From: Cetorhinus maximus
Taxonomy: Eukaryota
NCBI RefSeq assembly: GCF_964194155.1
Contig: NC_135884.1
Location: 143,592,001-143,656,000, forward strand
Direction of reading: 5' to 3'
DNA length: 64,000 nt
The translations under genes were made by a program, and so were the position numbers. The notes beneath the pieces were generated by a model, which saw only the letters and a program-made list of their open reading frames with translations, was not told where the DNA came from and made no database searches. Shown piece by piece: positions 12,935 to 24,096 of the stretch. Each line of letters opens with the position of its first letter. The stretch's first letter is position 1.

Positions 12935-13289
12935 AAATATTAAATGATACGCTTTATTTCTGTAAATTTGTATCTTTTGTAGTATATTTTGTGTTTGTTT
13001 AATGATGTGAGAATTTTCTGGTATGTAATTTGTTTAAGTGAAGGGATGTTTTATTTACATTATTTGTAGTACCTGTCTTTCATTTTGATCCTGGTTTACA
13101 GATATGTATTCTAAAAATGTTTCCTGTGTCCAGTTTTTTTGTATATCTGAGAAGTTATAGCTGTTCTGGTATAGGTAGACCACTTGTATAGTTTTTCTTT
13201 TGTCTGCAGGTTTTTGGTCTCAGTCCGTAGCTGGGAATTAATTACAACAGCTTCTGTTTCTATAGTGTTTATGTTAGTAAATGTCAAGG

Positions 13290-14660
13290 TATCTCACCGA
13301 AGAGAAAAAGGATGCTGCACAGCTGTAAGAGAAGAGGAGTATATGGCTGAAAGCATGGTGGAAGAGCTTGTTTTGAAGAGGGTTTTAAAAGCAGATTTAA
13401 AAAGGTAGCTTGCTGGAAATGTGTTATGGCGGAAGTTGTGGAGAGTAGTACTGTGCTAGCTGAAAGGTCTGTTACCACCGAATGAAGAGTCATTCGGACT
13501 CAAAAAGCTAACTGTATTCCTCTCCGCGGATGCTGTCAGACCTGCCGAGTTTTTCCAGGCGTTTTTGTTTTTGTTCTGTTACCACTACTGGGGTAAGGGG
13601 AGATGATGCACAAAGAGGCTAGCTTCAGAGGACCATAGGGCTGGACAAGGTTGCACAGGTCAGATGGTGCAAGAACATGATTATTAAATGGGCATTTTGA
13701 ATTGAATGTGTTGAGCAGAGGGAGCCCAATATGGATTGATGAAGGCAGTAATAATAGACAAGGGGGATTTTGTACAGGACATGATTTGGCCAGAGAAACT
13801 AGTAGACAAGTTAATGTAGTGGTGAGGAATACATTAGAAAGCCATGTTTAGGATGAATAAAATTGTGGCTAAGAGTGGCAATAGGATGAGGTCATTGTGG
13901 AGGTGTAAGTAAGCAGGTTTGATAGAATGCAGCATGGCTCGGGAACAAACAGGACCGAAGCTATGCATAAGTTGTTGGTCATCTGTAGCTTGATATTAGA
14001 AAAGCGATCAAACAATACTGAGTAGGCCAAAAAGTATAGGATGGTGATTGAGGACTATAGCTGGGTGTTAGCATATATTTGGAAACCAATATCATAGTTA
14101 GAGATAATGTCGCTGTTGGGACAACATGTAAATTAGGATAAGTAAATAAACCAAGGATGAAATCTTAGGACACTCTGGTTTGACTGTGAAGGGGTAAGAA
14201 ACCACTGCTGGATATGTGTTTGCTATGTTTGGACATAATAGTGGAGCCAGGAAAAGGCAGTTCAACAGAAGTGGACCACATGAAAGAGAATGATGCAGTG
14301 GAACCTGTCCAACTTGACAGTGGTTGAGGAGCACAAGGAGGGATAATCTATCATGGTTCCAATTGCAGATGCTGCCATTAATAATTTTGACCAGGGTGAT
14401 TTTGGTGCCATGGTCAAGGCAGAAGCTGAACTGTAAGGAGGTTGAAGGAAATTTTGAGAGAAGTGTCCATGGAGTTTTTGTGACATGTTCAAGGATCTTG
14501 GGATGGAATTGTATGGGGAAGTGAGTTGGTGTTGGATATGGAGAATTAGTTGAAAAAGATGGTGACCAGTGGGTTTTTTTTTAAGGAGGTGATAGAATGA
14601 TAGATTTTGAATGGAAGGGTGAACAATGCATGTGCAAAGAATGCTTCGATTTTTTTGGGA
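13290..14660 (-). mobile_element. Old L2-like LINE remnant
   Basis: Decayed RT-region frames (LLKKKPT; sequence resembling H.T.TAL.K..N) and an L2-like 3' region (TTTAAATCTGCTTTTAAAACCCTCTTCAAAACAAGC). Confidence 0.5.
13479..13574 (+). mobile_element. 96-bp Penelope-derived mini-insertion
   Basis: 11-bp TSD TCTGTTACCAC (13468-13478 / 13575-13585); GAAGAGTCATTCGGACTC stem II followed by the pLTR 3' end. Confidence 0.85.
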
Positions 14661-14701
14661 TGATAGCATTAACACAGTGAGGAGTGTACTTCAGAGACAC
14701 A

Positions 14702-15436
14702 GGCAAGGATTTTGCAGTCAACGGTGAAGTGGTGGTGGTCACGGCTGACCTCAAAGAAAGCTGCCCACAAAGACCTAATGAGCTCTTTGGAGTAGAATTA
14801 ACCTTTGCTGATGTTAATTTAACTTTGGAATCAGCTGAAGGGGACCTCTGGCTTCCAGCAACAGCGATAACAAGAAGCTGGCAAAGCAACCAATTACACT
14901 CAAATGTTCTCAGACAGCAAACCAGGAAGTAACAGGCAGGCTTTATCATTCACTTTTTATAATTTTACGCAAAGTGAAATAAAGATTGGGGCATACACAT
15001 GGGCTTAAGGTTAAAAGTTGAAATGTAAACTTTGAAAAATATTTTAAAGTTTATGTATTTTTTATCACGGGATGGAGAAATTTGACATTGCACAAATATA
15101 AAATAAATTTTCCAGGGACAGAGAGGTTATTCATGAGTATTATGACTTTTCTGTAAATAAAAAAAATTACATTTTATTCAACAAGGCGTAACTTTTTCAA
15201 GGGTTTTTACAGTGACGATAATAGTGTAAAAAGTGGAAGCTGATGTCAATTAAATGATTTCTCCATCTGCATGAACTTAAAGGCACCCTGTGGATTAGTG
15301 AGGATCCGCTGACAGCAACTTCTGGATTTCCATATTTAACTTCACATGTGTGGACACTAGAAGTTGCCGTTAGGTTTACAGCAATGATGGCAAACACTGA
15401 CAGTTTTTCCATCATCAAAGCCACAAAATCCAGGCC
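14702..15436. mobile_element. Older Harbinger-like MITE
   Basis: Terminal inverted GGCAAGGATTTTG / CAAAATCCAGGCC, similar to the TIRs of the younger MITEs; TSD not clean. Confidence 0.5.
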
Positions 15437-16593
15437 AATACACCTTTTTGAGTTTGCCCAAGATGTAAACTTGCCTCTTTCCTGTGGTAATTGTAATATT
15501 CTGCAGTGGCTCCACTAACTTATTGTGGAGATGTATTGGAGGAAATGTAGTGCTGCAACTTACTTTTGTTTAGAAATTATTTTTATTGAGCGCTTTGAAA
15601 TGTTCAGGATGGAAGATCAAAACATTCTGAAGGAAACTAGTACAAATGGCAATGAACATGGGAAATCTCTGCTATATTATCAAGTTGCTGTTTCATATTT
15701 ATATTCGTCTTGCAAATACAGCACAGGTTTATTTAACTAGATTTCCTGATTTGAATTTTTCTAGCTGCAGAAATGTCAAATCGGAAATATTTGAATATAG
15801 TAACAGTAATAGTAACAGGGCAAAGTAACAGTTTTGCAGGTCATAGAAATTCCACCACACACTCACTCTCACACTCTTGCTCTCACTCTCAGTCTCACAC
15901 ACAACATAAAATAGTTCATACTGACATCTGACAAATAATGTCTTGTTGGTGATCATGGTCATCAAGTACTAATAGTGAATCTTTCTGTAACCTGGTACCT
16001 GACCCTCATCCACTCGGGTCATCCTGATCTTCACAGGTCTGAGGCCCTGTATTTCTTTTGCCTGTGTGCGCTGTTGGCATGTATTGCTCAGTCAGCTCCT
16101 AAACATATGCTACTTCACAGTTTTACAGTGGTGTCAGATCAATAATGTAACTGTTCTGGTACTTGATCTTTACTGGCATATACTAAAACAAACATTTCTT
16201 AGAATAAACCTGTCCATCACAAGAAGCTAGGGAATACAGCTTCCACTGTTGTGCACTGAATAGACTCCATACATCAAGGTTACATTAATTAGTTTTGCAG
16301 GTGAAATTCTTTATTTTTATGCCTTTACGTTGAGGTCCATGTAGTATCCTTAGCCAAAGTGGTCTTTTGGAACAGTTTTTACTGGTCTTCAATAAGGTTG
16401 CCACATTTACAGTTGATCAGTTCATGACATGCTCGTGGTCTGATTTATGTGCATGAGTATAGGTATCCGCCAAGCGCATGGGTTGGACTCTGTCTTGTTA
16501 CCAAGCAGCCAACTGGGTTAAATATTTGAAACAAAAACAAAAATTGCTGGAAAAACTCAGCAGGTCTGACAGCATCTTTGGAGAGAAAGACAG

Positions 16594-16632
16594 AGTTAAC
16601 GTTTCGAGTCCGTATGACTCTTCTTCAGAACT
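16594..16632 (-). ncRNA. Minimal type I hammerhead ribozyme motif, canonical core
   Basis: AGUU-CUGAAGA-A-GAGUC(AUACG)GACUC-GAAAC-GUU-AACU: stem I AGUU/AACU, 5-bp stem II, palindromic ACGU stem III, as described for Penelope-like element hammerheads. Confidence 0.8.
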
Positions 16633-17767
16633 AAAGAGAAGTAAAAATGTGGTGAAATATATACTGTTTAAGGGGGTGGGACAGGTTAAGCTGCATAGAA
16701 GGCCAGCGATAGGTGGAGGCAAAGGAGAGATTGCGAAGGATTTCATGAACAAAAGGTTGAAGGGGTGTTGATGGTGGTGATACTGGCTAAAGGAGGTGCT
16801 AATGGTGATATTAAGAGTAGAAAGCAGGATGAGCAAGTGACAGATGGCCCTAGTGGGGCTGGGGTGGGGGGAGGGGATGGTGTGGGAGAAAAGATCAAAA
16901 TATTCTAAAAGGTGAGGATAAAACAATGAATGGGAATAAATTTTTAAAATAATAATAATGGAGATAGGTGGGAAAAAAATATATAAAAGTTAAAAAATAA
17001 ATATTTGGAAAAAGGGGATCAAAAAGGGAAGGAGCGAGTTCATGATCTGGAGTTGTTGAACACAATGTTAAGTCCGGAAGGCTGTAAAGTGTTTAATTAG
17101 AAGATGAGGTGCTGTTCCTCCAGTTTATGTTGAGCTTCACTGGAACATTGCAGCAGGCCAAGGATGGACATGTGGGCATGACAGCAGGGTGGTGTGTTGA
17201 AATGGCAAGCGACAGGAAGGTCTGGTTCATGCTTGTGGACAGACCGAAGCTGTTCTGCAAAGCGGTCACCCAGTCTGCGTTTGGTCTCTCCAATGTAGAG
17301 GAGATCGCATTGTCAGCAGCGAATGCAGTAGACCAAATTGAGGGAAGTGCAAGTGAAGCGCTGCTTCACTTGAAAGGAGTGTTTGGGCCTTTGGACAGAG
17401 AGGAGGGGGGAAGTAAAGGGGCAGGTGTTTCATCAGCTGCAATTGCATGGGAAGGTGCTGCGGGAGGGTGTTGAGGTGTTGGGAGTGATGGAGGAGTGGA
17501 CCAGGGTGTCCTGGAAGGAAAGGTCCCTAAGGAATGCTGACAGGGGGCAGTGAAGGGAAGATGTGTTTGTGGTGGCATCATGCTGGAGTTGGAGGAAATG
17601 GCGGAGGATGATCCTTTGAATGTGGAGGCTGGCGGGGTGATAAGTGAGGACAAGGGGGACCCTATCATGGTTCTGGGAGGGAGAGGAAGGTGTGAGGGCA
17701 GAGGCACGGGAGATGGGTCTGACACGGTTGAGGGCCCTGTCAACCACCGTGAGTGGGAAACCTCGTT

Positions 17768-18520
17768 CTGACATGTCTTCCTTCTTCCTTAACCGAGGTT
17801 TCCCATGCACGGTGGTTGACAGGGCCCTCAACTGTGTCAGACCCATCTCCCGTGCCTCTGCACTCTCACCTTGCTCCCCCGCCCAGCACCATGATAGGGT
17901 CCCCCTTGTCCTCACTTTTCACCCCACCAGCCCCCACATTCAAAGAATCATCCTCCACCATTTCCGCCAACTCCAGCATGATGCCACCACCAAACACATC
18001 TTCCCTTCACCCCCCCCCATCGGCATTCCGTAGGGACCGTTCCCTCCGGGACACCCTGGTCCACTCCTCCATCACCCCCAACACCTCAACCCCTTCCCGC
18101 GGCACCTCCTCATGCAATCGCAGAAAGTGCAACACCTGCCCCTTTACTACCCCCCTCCTCACTGTCCAAGGGCCCAAACGCTCTTTTCAAGTGAAGCAGC
18201 GCTTCACTTGCACTTCCCTCAATTTGGTCTACTGCATTCGCTGCTGCCAATGCGGCCTCCTCTACATTAGAGAGACCAAATGCAGACTGGCTGACCGCTT
18301 TGCAGAACAGCTTCGGTCTGTCCGCAAGCATGACCCAGACCTTCCTGTCGCTTTCCATTTCAACACACCACCCTGCTGTCATGCTCACATGTCCGTCCTT
18401 GGTCTGCTGCAATGTTCCAGTGAAGCTCAACGAAAACCGGAGGGACAGCACCTCATCTTCCGATTAGGCACTTTACAGCCTTCCGGACTTAACATTGAGT
18501 TCAACAACTTCAGATCATGA
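17768..18520 (+). pseudogene. Penelope C-terminal GIY-YIG endonuclease coding remnant (RT absent)
   Basis: CNRRKCNTCP Cys motif, VYCIRC..C..LYI(G>R)ET, R..RF.E(H>Q), PVAFHF and GLN at the C-terminus; the upstream part (FFLNRGFP..VV, RVPLVLTFHP) is in another frame. Confidence 0.88.
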
Positions 18521-19689
18521 ACTCGCTCCTCCATCCTCACCCCTTTTTGATGCCCTTTTTCCAAATATTTATTTTAAAATTTTTATATATTTTTTCCCAC
18601 CTATTTCCATTATTATTATTTTTAAAATTTATTCCCATTAATTGTTCTATCCCCACCTTTTAGCCTATTTTGATCTTTTCTCCCACACCGTCCCCTCCCC
18701 CCACCCCAGCCCCACTCGGGCCATCTGTCACTTGCTCATCCTGTTTTCTACTCTTAATGTCACCATTAGCACCTCCTTTAGCCAGTATCACCGCCATCAA
18801 CACCCATTCGACCTTTTGTTTATGACATCTTTTGCAATCTCTCCTTTGCCTCCACCTATCACTGGCCTTCTATCCAGCTTCAGCTGTCCCACCACCCTTA
18901 AACAGAATATATTTCACCACATTTTTACGTTTAGTTTTGAGGAAGAGTGATATGGACTTGAAATGTTAACTCTGTCTTTCTCTCCAAAGATGCTGTCAGA
19001 CCTGCTGAGTTTTTCCAGCAATTTTTGTTTCAGATTTCCAGCATCCGCAGTATTTTGCATTTATCTTGGGTTAAATATTTACTGTCCTAAAGATTTAAAG
19101 TAAAATAATATATTTTTGCCTTGGTTTATTGCCATTTGTTAGGGACAGTTTACAAAATATATTTGACATAGCCATCTGTATTGGATTTAAATCTATATGT
19201 TGGTAGTTGAGAACTCCTTGTCTGTGCTATGGACATGTTTATCAAAATAAACCAACATTTTTCATCCCTTTCACGTTTTTTCTGCTAATGCAACCTGATG
19301 TGAAGTGCTGAAATCTGTCAAAGAATTATTCCTGTTGAATTGAGCTTGCATGTGAAAGTTCAGCAGCACATTCTGTTCGATCTCCAAGCCACAGAAAGTA
19401 TAAGATGTGTGTATATAATGTTTTCAAAAATCTAACTCTGTAAGTAAATTGTTTGACATAACCAAGTTAGAGGGAACAGAATCCAGCTCAGAAGAGGCTA
19501 AATTTAACTATTTCATGTAGGGTTGTGATTATGTGAAACAGATTGTTAAGGCATGTGGGCTAGGCAAATAAGCACGTAGGAATGTACAGGATCAAAGAAA
19601 GACAATTTTGTTCTACCTGGTTAGCCTCAGTGTGCAAAATCAAAATATACAGTTCAACATCTACTTCTCAATAGACTCTCATGCCAAAT

Positions 19690-21560
19690 GCCTGTCCACT
19701 TAAAATTTCTCATGTTATCAGCCGTGGTATTCCATTCCAAATATTTCCCCTACACTTTGAAAATTATCCCCTATCTGATCTTCCCATTTACTCCTCTTCT
19801 GAATTTCAACCAATGCACCTCAATATCATTTTAGGCATCATGACAAACAGTTTCCGAGGATTCTTCCCGCTTATGCCTTTACAAATCTTCGACACCTCAC
19901 TAGGATCCCTTAAATTTGTTCTACTATAAGCAAATTCATCTTCTGTAGTTTCTCCTTGTAGCTCAGGTGTCTGACTTCAAATCAAATGCACCTACAATCT
20001 GGTGATCAGAACTGCACACAGTACTCCAGGTTTTTTTGGGTGTTCAATGATGTTGCCACATTTACAGTTGATCAGCTCATGACTTGCTCATGGTCTGATT
20101 TATGTGCATGAGTATAGTATCTGCCTAGCGCTTGGGTTGGACTCTGTCTTGTTACCAAGCAGCCAATTGGGTTAAATATTTACTGTCCTAAAATTTAGGG
20201 TAAATTAGTGTATTTTTGCCTTGGTTTATTGTCATTTGTTAGGGACAGTTTACCGAATATTTTTGACATAGCTGTCTGCATTGGATTTACATCTATATGT
20301 TGGTAGTTGAGAACTCCTTGTCTGTGCTCTGGACATGTTTAGCAAAATAAACCAACATTTTTCATCCCTTTCACGTTTTTCCTGCTAATGTTGGAGTACT
20401 CCAGTTGGAGATGAACCAACATCCTGCACAAAGAATCAAGATGAATGATCAACTGTAAAGTCATGGATAGATTGGGAAGTTGGGCTAAAAATTAGTAAAT
20501 GTAATTCTGTCTTTGTCCTGTGATTTGTGTTTTTTCTAAGCGCTAAACACTCGAGATCCTGTTGTCCCATTTTATGGCTGTGCAGATGGTTTCAATGAGC
20601 TGTTTGTAAATATCCCCAAATGCTTTATTTGTGTTGTTCCTTACAAATTAGCACTGAGTAGTTTACAGGTCCAGTCTCTTAACTTTCCAATCATCAACAT
20701 AAAGTTATATTCACTATTTGCCAGCCCAGTTCTCAATCTACCTACGCCTCTGCAGTTGAAAAACTTGTTTGATTTGTTTGTAATCCCCTCCCATCCTACC
20801 ATGGCATTGTGGTAAATTTTGGCAGTTGTGTCTATCCACATTTCCAAATTATAGATATACGTGAATAGCAAAGATTCTATTCCTAGGCACTCTGCCACAG
20901 CTTCATGTGTGACCACTGTCCATAGATGAGGTCAGTTGCATATTGACTTCTATGGTTGTTCACCTATACCATTCTTCTATCTTGTAGACCAACTTCCTAT
21001 GTGTTATATCAAAACACGTTTTGAAATCCAGATAAAAATTGCCTACAGGATTCCATTTTTAACCTAAGTTCTGATACCTCCTGAAATAATTGTTACCATT
21101 TGTCAAGTATGGTCACCATTCCTCCACCCTTCCTCCCCTTCAAGCAATGCTGAGTTGCTGTGATCATTTCCTAGTATCCTTCTGCAAGATATCCTGCAAC
21201 AAATCCGAATCATTGTAATCATCTAATCTCCATGAAAACAGTTTTTTCCTTAAATTGATGTTCCCTTTTCTCCAGTCTTTTAGTTCAATTCCTAATCCTC
21301 ATAATTCCTTAACGATCACCATCAGACTCTGGCCAATTTCATTGCTCCTTTTCTTAAGTACCCTCGTGTAGAGACCATCTGGCTCCAGGGTTTTGTCTCC
21401 CTTTCAATGGCTTCAATCTTTTTGACTTCCTGGTCCTGAAAATTAGCTTCTTATTTCCCAGAAAATCAACTCTGCTTCTATGAATACCAATGCAAAGAAA
21501 TTGTTCAAATTTCATAATTCATATTCATAATTTTTCTGATCTACCGGGATGCTTAAGGCC
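19690..21560 (-). mobile_element. Highly decayed CR1 LINE, interrupted by a 365-bp local duplicate
   Basis: Minus strand CTGGAGTACTGTGTGCAGTTCTG (LEYCVQF) at 20007-20029 and residual RT-region similarity further on. Confidence 0.6.
20030..20394 (+). repeat. Dispersed duplicate of 16373-16527 plus 19081-19290 (empty site of the Penelope palindrome)
   Basis: Colinear high-identity match across the insertion point; flanked by the direct repeat AGTACTCCAG (20020-20029 / 20395-20404). Confidence 0.92.
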
Positions 21561-21640
21561 TTCCATGACAATGTGAACTAAAGGATATTATCAAATGAGC
21601 AGTACAAGGAGTGAGATTCTTTATTTATATTATATACATT

Positions 21641-21862
21641 GGAGGCAGTGGCATTGTTGTATTGTCAGTGGACTAGCATTCCAGCGACCCAGGGTAATGC
21701 TCTGGGGGCCCAGGTTTGAATCCCACCATGGCAAATGGTGAAATTTGAAATTAATAAAAATCCAGAAGTAAAAGTCTGATTGTGACTACAAAACCATTGC
21801 CGATTGTCGGAAAAACCCATCTGGTTCAGCAACGCCCACATCCCATGAACAAATAAAAAAAA
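21641..21862 (+). mobile_element. tRNA-derived SINE with a LINE-derived 3' tail
   Basis: A-box-like TGGCATTGTTG, B-box GGTTTGAATCC, tail GCCCACATCCCATGAACAAATAAAAAAA. Confidence 0.85.
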
Positions 21863-24096
21863 TTCTTCTGCAGTGATTCCTTTTTATATTTTATATTTTG
21901 ACATTTTTCCTAACCATTTTCATCTTGCCCTTGTACTTATTTTGCCAGTGAACCTGAAAAATGTAAGGAATGTTTGCTTATTTTTTGTCTATTCCTCTTT
22001 CTTCCTCACATAGGTTTCCTCTTAATATTAACGTGTTTCTTACCAAAGCTGTACATTGACTTTATTCCTTATCTCAGTCCATAATGCAATAACCTTACCA
22101 TACTAAATTCAGGATTAATTATTTCTTGCATTTTCAACCTCCTCCCAGCCTAAGGTCTTCATCCTTCCATGTCAATTTATATCCTTAGAGCTCTAGCCCC
22201 CTAACCTGCATTCTTATTTAGCCATGACTTTGTGATATCTATTATGATATCATCCTTGATTTCAGCATGGAGCTCCTGGTCAACTAATATATTCTTATTG
22301 CTCCTTGCATTTGTATATGCAAGTTTCAGAACCCCTATGCCTGGCACAGTTCTGGTGTTTTCCTTCCTCTTAATCTCTCCTGCATACTTTTTGTATAGAT
22401 ATCATTATGGAAATGCCTATAGATACAGGCTGATTAGATGAACATTTTATGTTATTAAAGGTACTGAACCTGTGAATGTTGTTACCAATTTTAGTAAACA
22501 TTAGTTATTTATAACTTTTTGGAATTTATTTGCAATTTATCTCTTTTTCTGAATCATCTAGCATGGTGTGGAACAAAAGAAGCAGCTCTTGTGCAAATTA
22601 TTAGATTAACCTTAAGGAATAGTAGCTATGGAAGAATTTCAGTGCATGGGTATCTGAACTCTAATTTAGTGATAGTTGGTAGTATTTTAGAATTTTAAAC
22701 AAGAATTATTAATAAGCTGCCTAATACCAGCATTTCAATTCCAAGAAAATGTTAATGAGGTTTTCACATTTTCAGTGCTACACACAAGTTCCATTGTTTG
22801 CCTTTAAACACAGAGTTGAAATCTTCTAGTTGTGCAATTGGCTTGGTGAGAAATCTTCAGTTCAAAGATCATGCTCAAAATCTGGGAGTCATTTTTTGGT
22901 TCCCATGAAACGATTCTTCACCATCCACACATGGGACAGACTAAAATTAGTAAAAACACAAACATGGTTATAAGAATTAATTTGTGTTAACAGCAAGTGA
23001 AAAATGTTAGTGTCCTTCATAATTCAATGAATCAATAATAATCTGTACTTGGGTAACCATAGCATGATGAGTGCTCTGGGATGACTGCTTGCAATTCTCA
23101 AATGCCTACCATTTGCAAATAATGTTGGAATTTGCAGGAAGCTTTAGTTAATTAAAATCCTGCTCCTTCTGGTACAAAGCAAGGAATCATACAGCATAGT
23201 AGGAGGCCATTTGGCCTATCATGTTTGTGCTGATTCTCTGTACCTATTGGTACACAGGAATCCAGGTTGTAACAGCACCCAACAAAACAAGATAATACAT
23301 TTGAATATTTAATAAGCCTTTCTAAATAGACCTGTTGCAAAATAATATATCTATTTTAAAATTCTGTGTTTTTGTACCTAAAGTATACACTTACTGCAAG
23401 TGTCATATTTATGCCCTGTTGCACTATTTCTATAATGCCTGCTTGTTCTGTTTAATTATATTTATATTTAACCTCTAATGAGTCATCTTCTGCTTCTGCT
23501 TTGGTTGTGTTGGCATCACAGACTAACATCCGTATTCCATCAACATTTATATAGTTAATGCTAGCTAAATCAGATACGACCTGCTGATCTGGTAGTCCTG
23601 ATAATGAAAAATTTATAAATGGAAATAATCTAGAGATGGGCCTCGAAGATTTCAAGTGATGGGGCTGTGACTGTTTCCTTTGCCAGCTTGTTCCAATGTG
23701 GGTTTGTCCTTGGGGAAAAAAGATTGTTGATATATTTCATCTCTGTTGCCAAAACAGATGACACAAAGGCCACTTTCTTCATCCCAATTTAATTTTGGGC
23801 ATTTTGCCTGCAGGACCGCCTGCAATTTCTCTCTGTAGCTCTGAGCCACCCACCCGTTTTCATCCACTCTGCTTCCTGAGGTGGCCTTCTCTCTTTCTTT
23901 CCCCTTCTCTGCTCTTTGTGCTGCTCTACTTGCCTCATTGCCATGACTTTCTCACCTTTCTCTTGTCATCACAGTGCAAAACTTTGTTCCCTACTATGTG
24001 TGATAGGAATAGGCTTTAAATTGTGTGAGCTTTCTGTGCTTTTACCATCATGAGTGAAAGGAAACTGCCTGGGACACAGAAATGGTCTTGTAAAGA

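Larger units (their letters stand above)
16528..19066. mobile_element. Fold-back (palindromic) Penelope-like retroelement, Neptune type
   Basis: Arm 16528-17767 (minus) is the inverted copy of 17791-19030 (plus), spacer 17768-17790; 14-bp TSD TGGGTTAAATATTT (16514-16527 / 19067-19080). Confidence 0.93.

Noticed and set aside
17753-18520. 255-aa ORF as an intact or domesticated GIY-YIG nuclease gene
   Set aside because: It starts across the palindrome junction, its first third is an out-of-frame reading, YIG is changed to YIR and EH to EQ, and there is no RT.
16528-19066. DNA transposon with long TIRs, or an assembly artefact
   Set aside because: The arms encode the Penelope GIY-YIG domain, have accumulated independent substitutions and indels, and are bounded by a TSD confirmed by the empty-site duplicate.
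21641-21730. tRNA gene
   Set aside because: A and B boxes are present but it continues into a SINE body and LINE tail, with multiple diverged copies; no clean cloverleaf.
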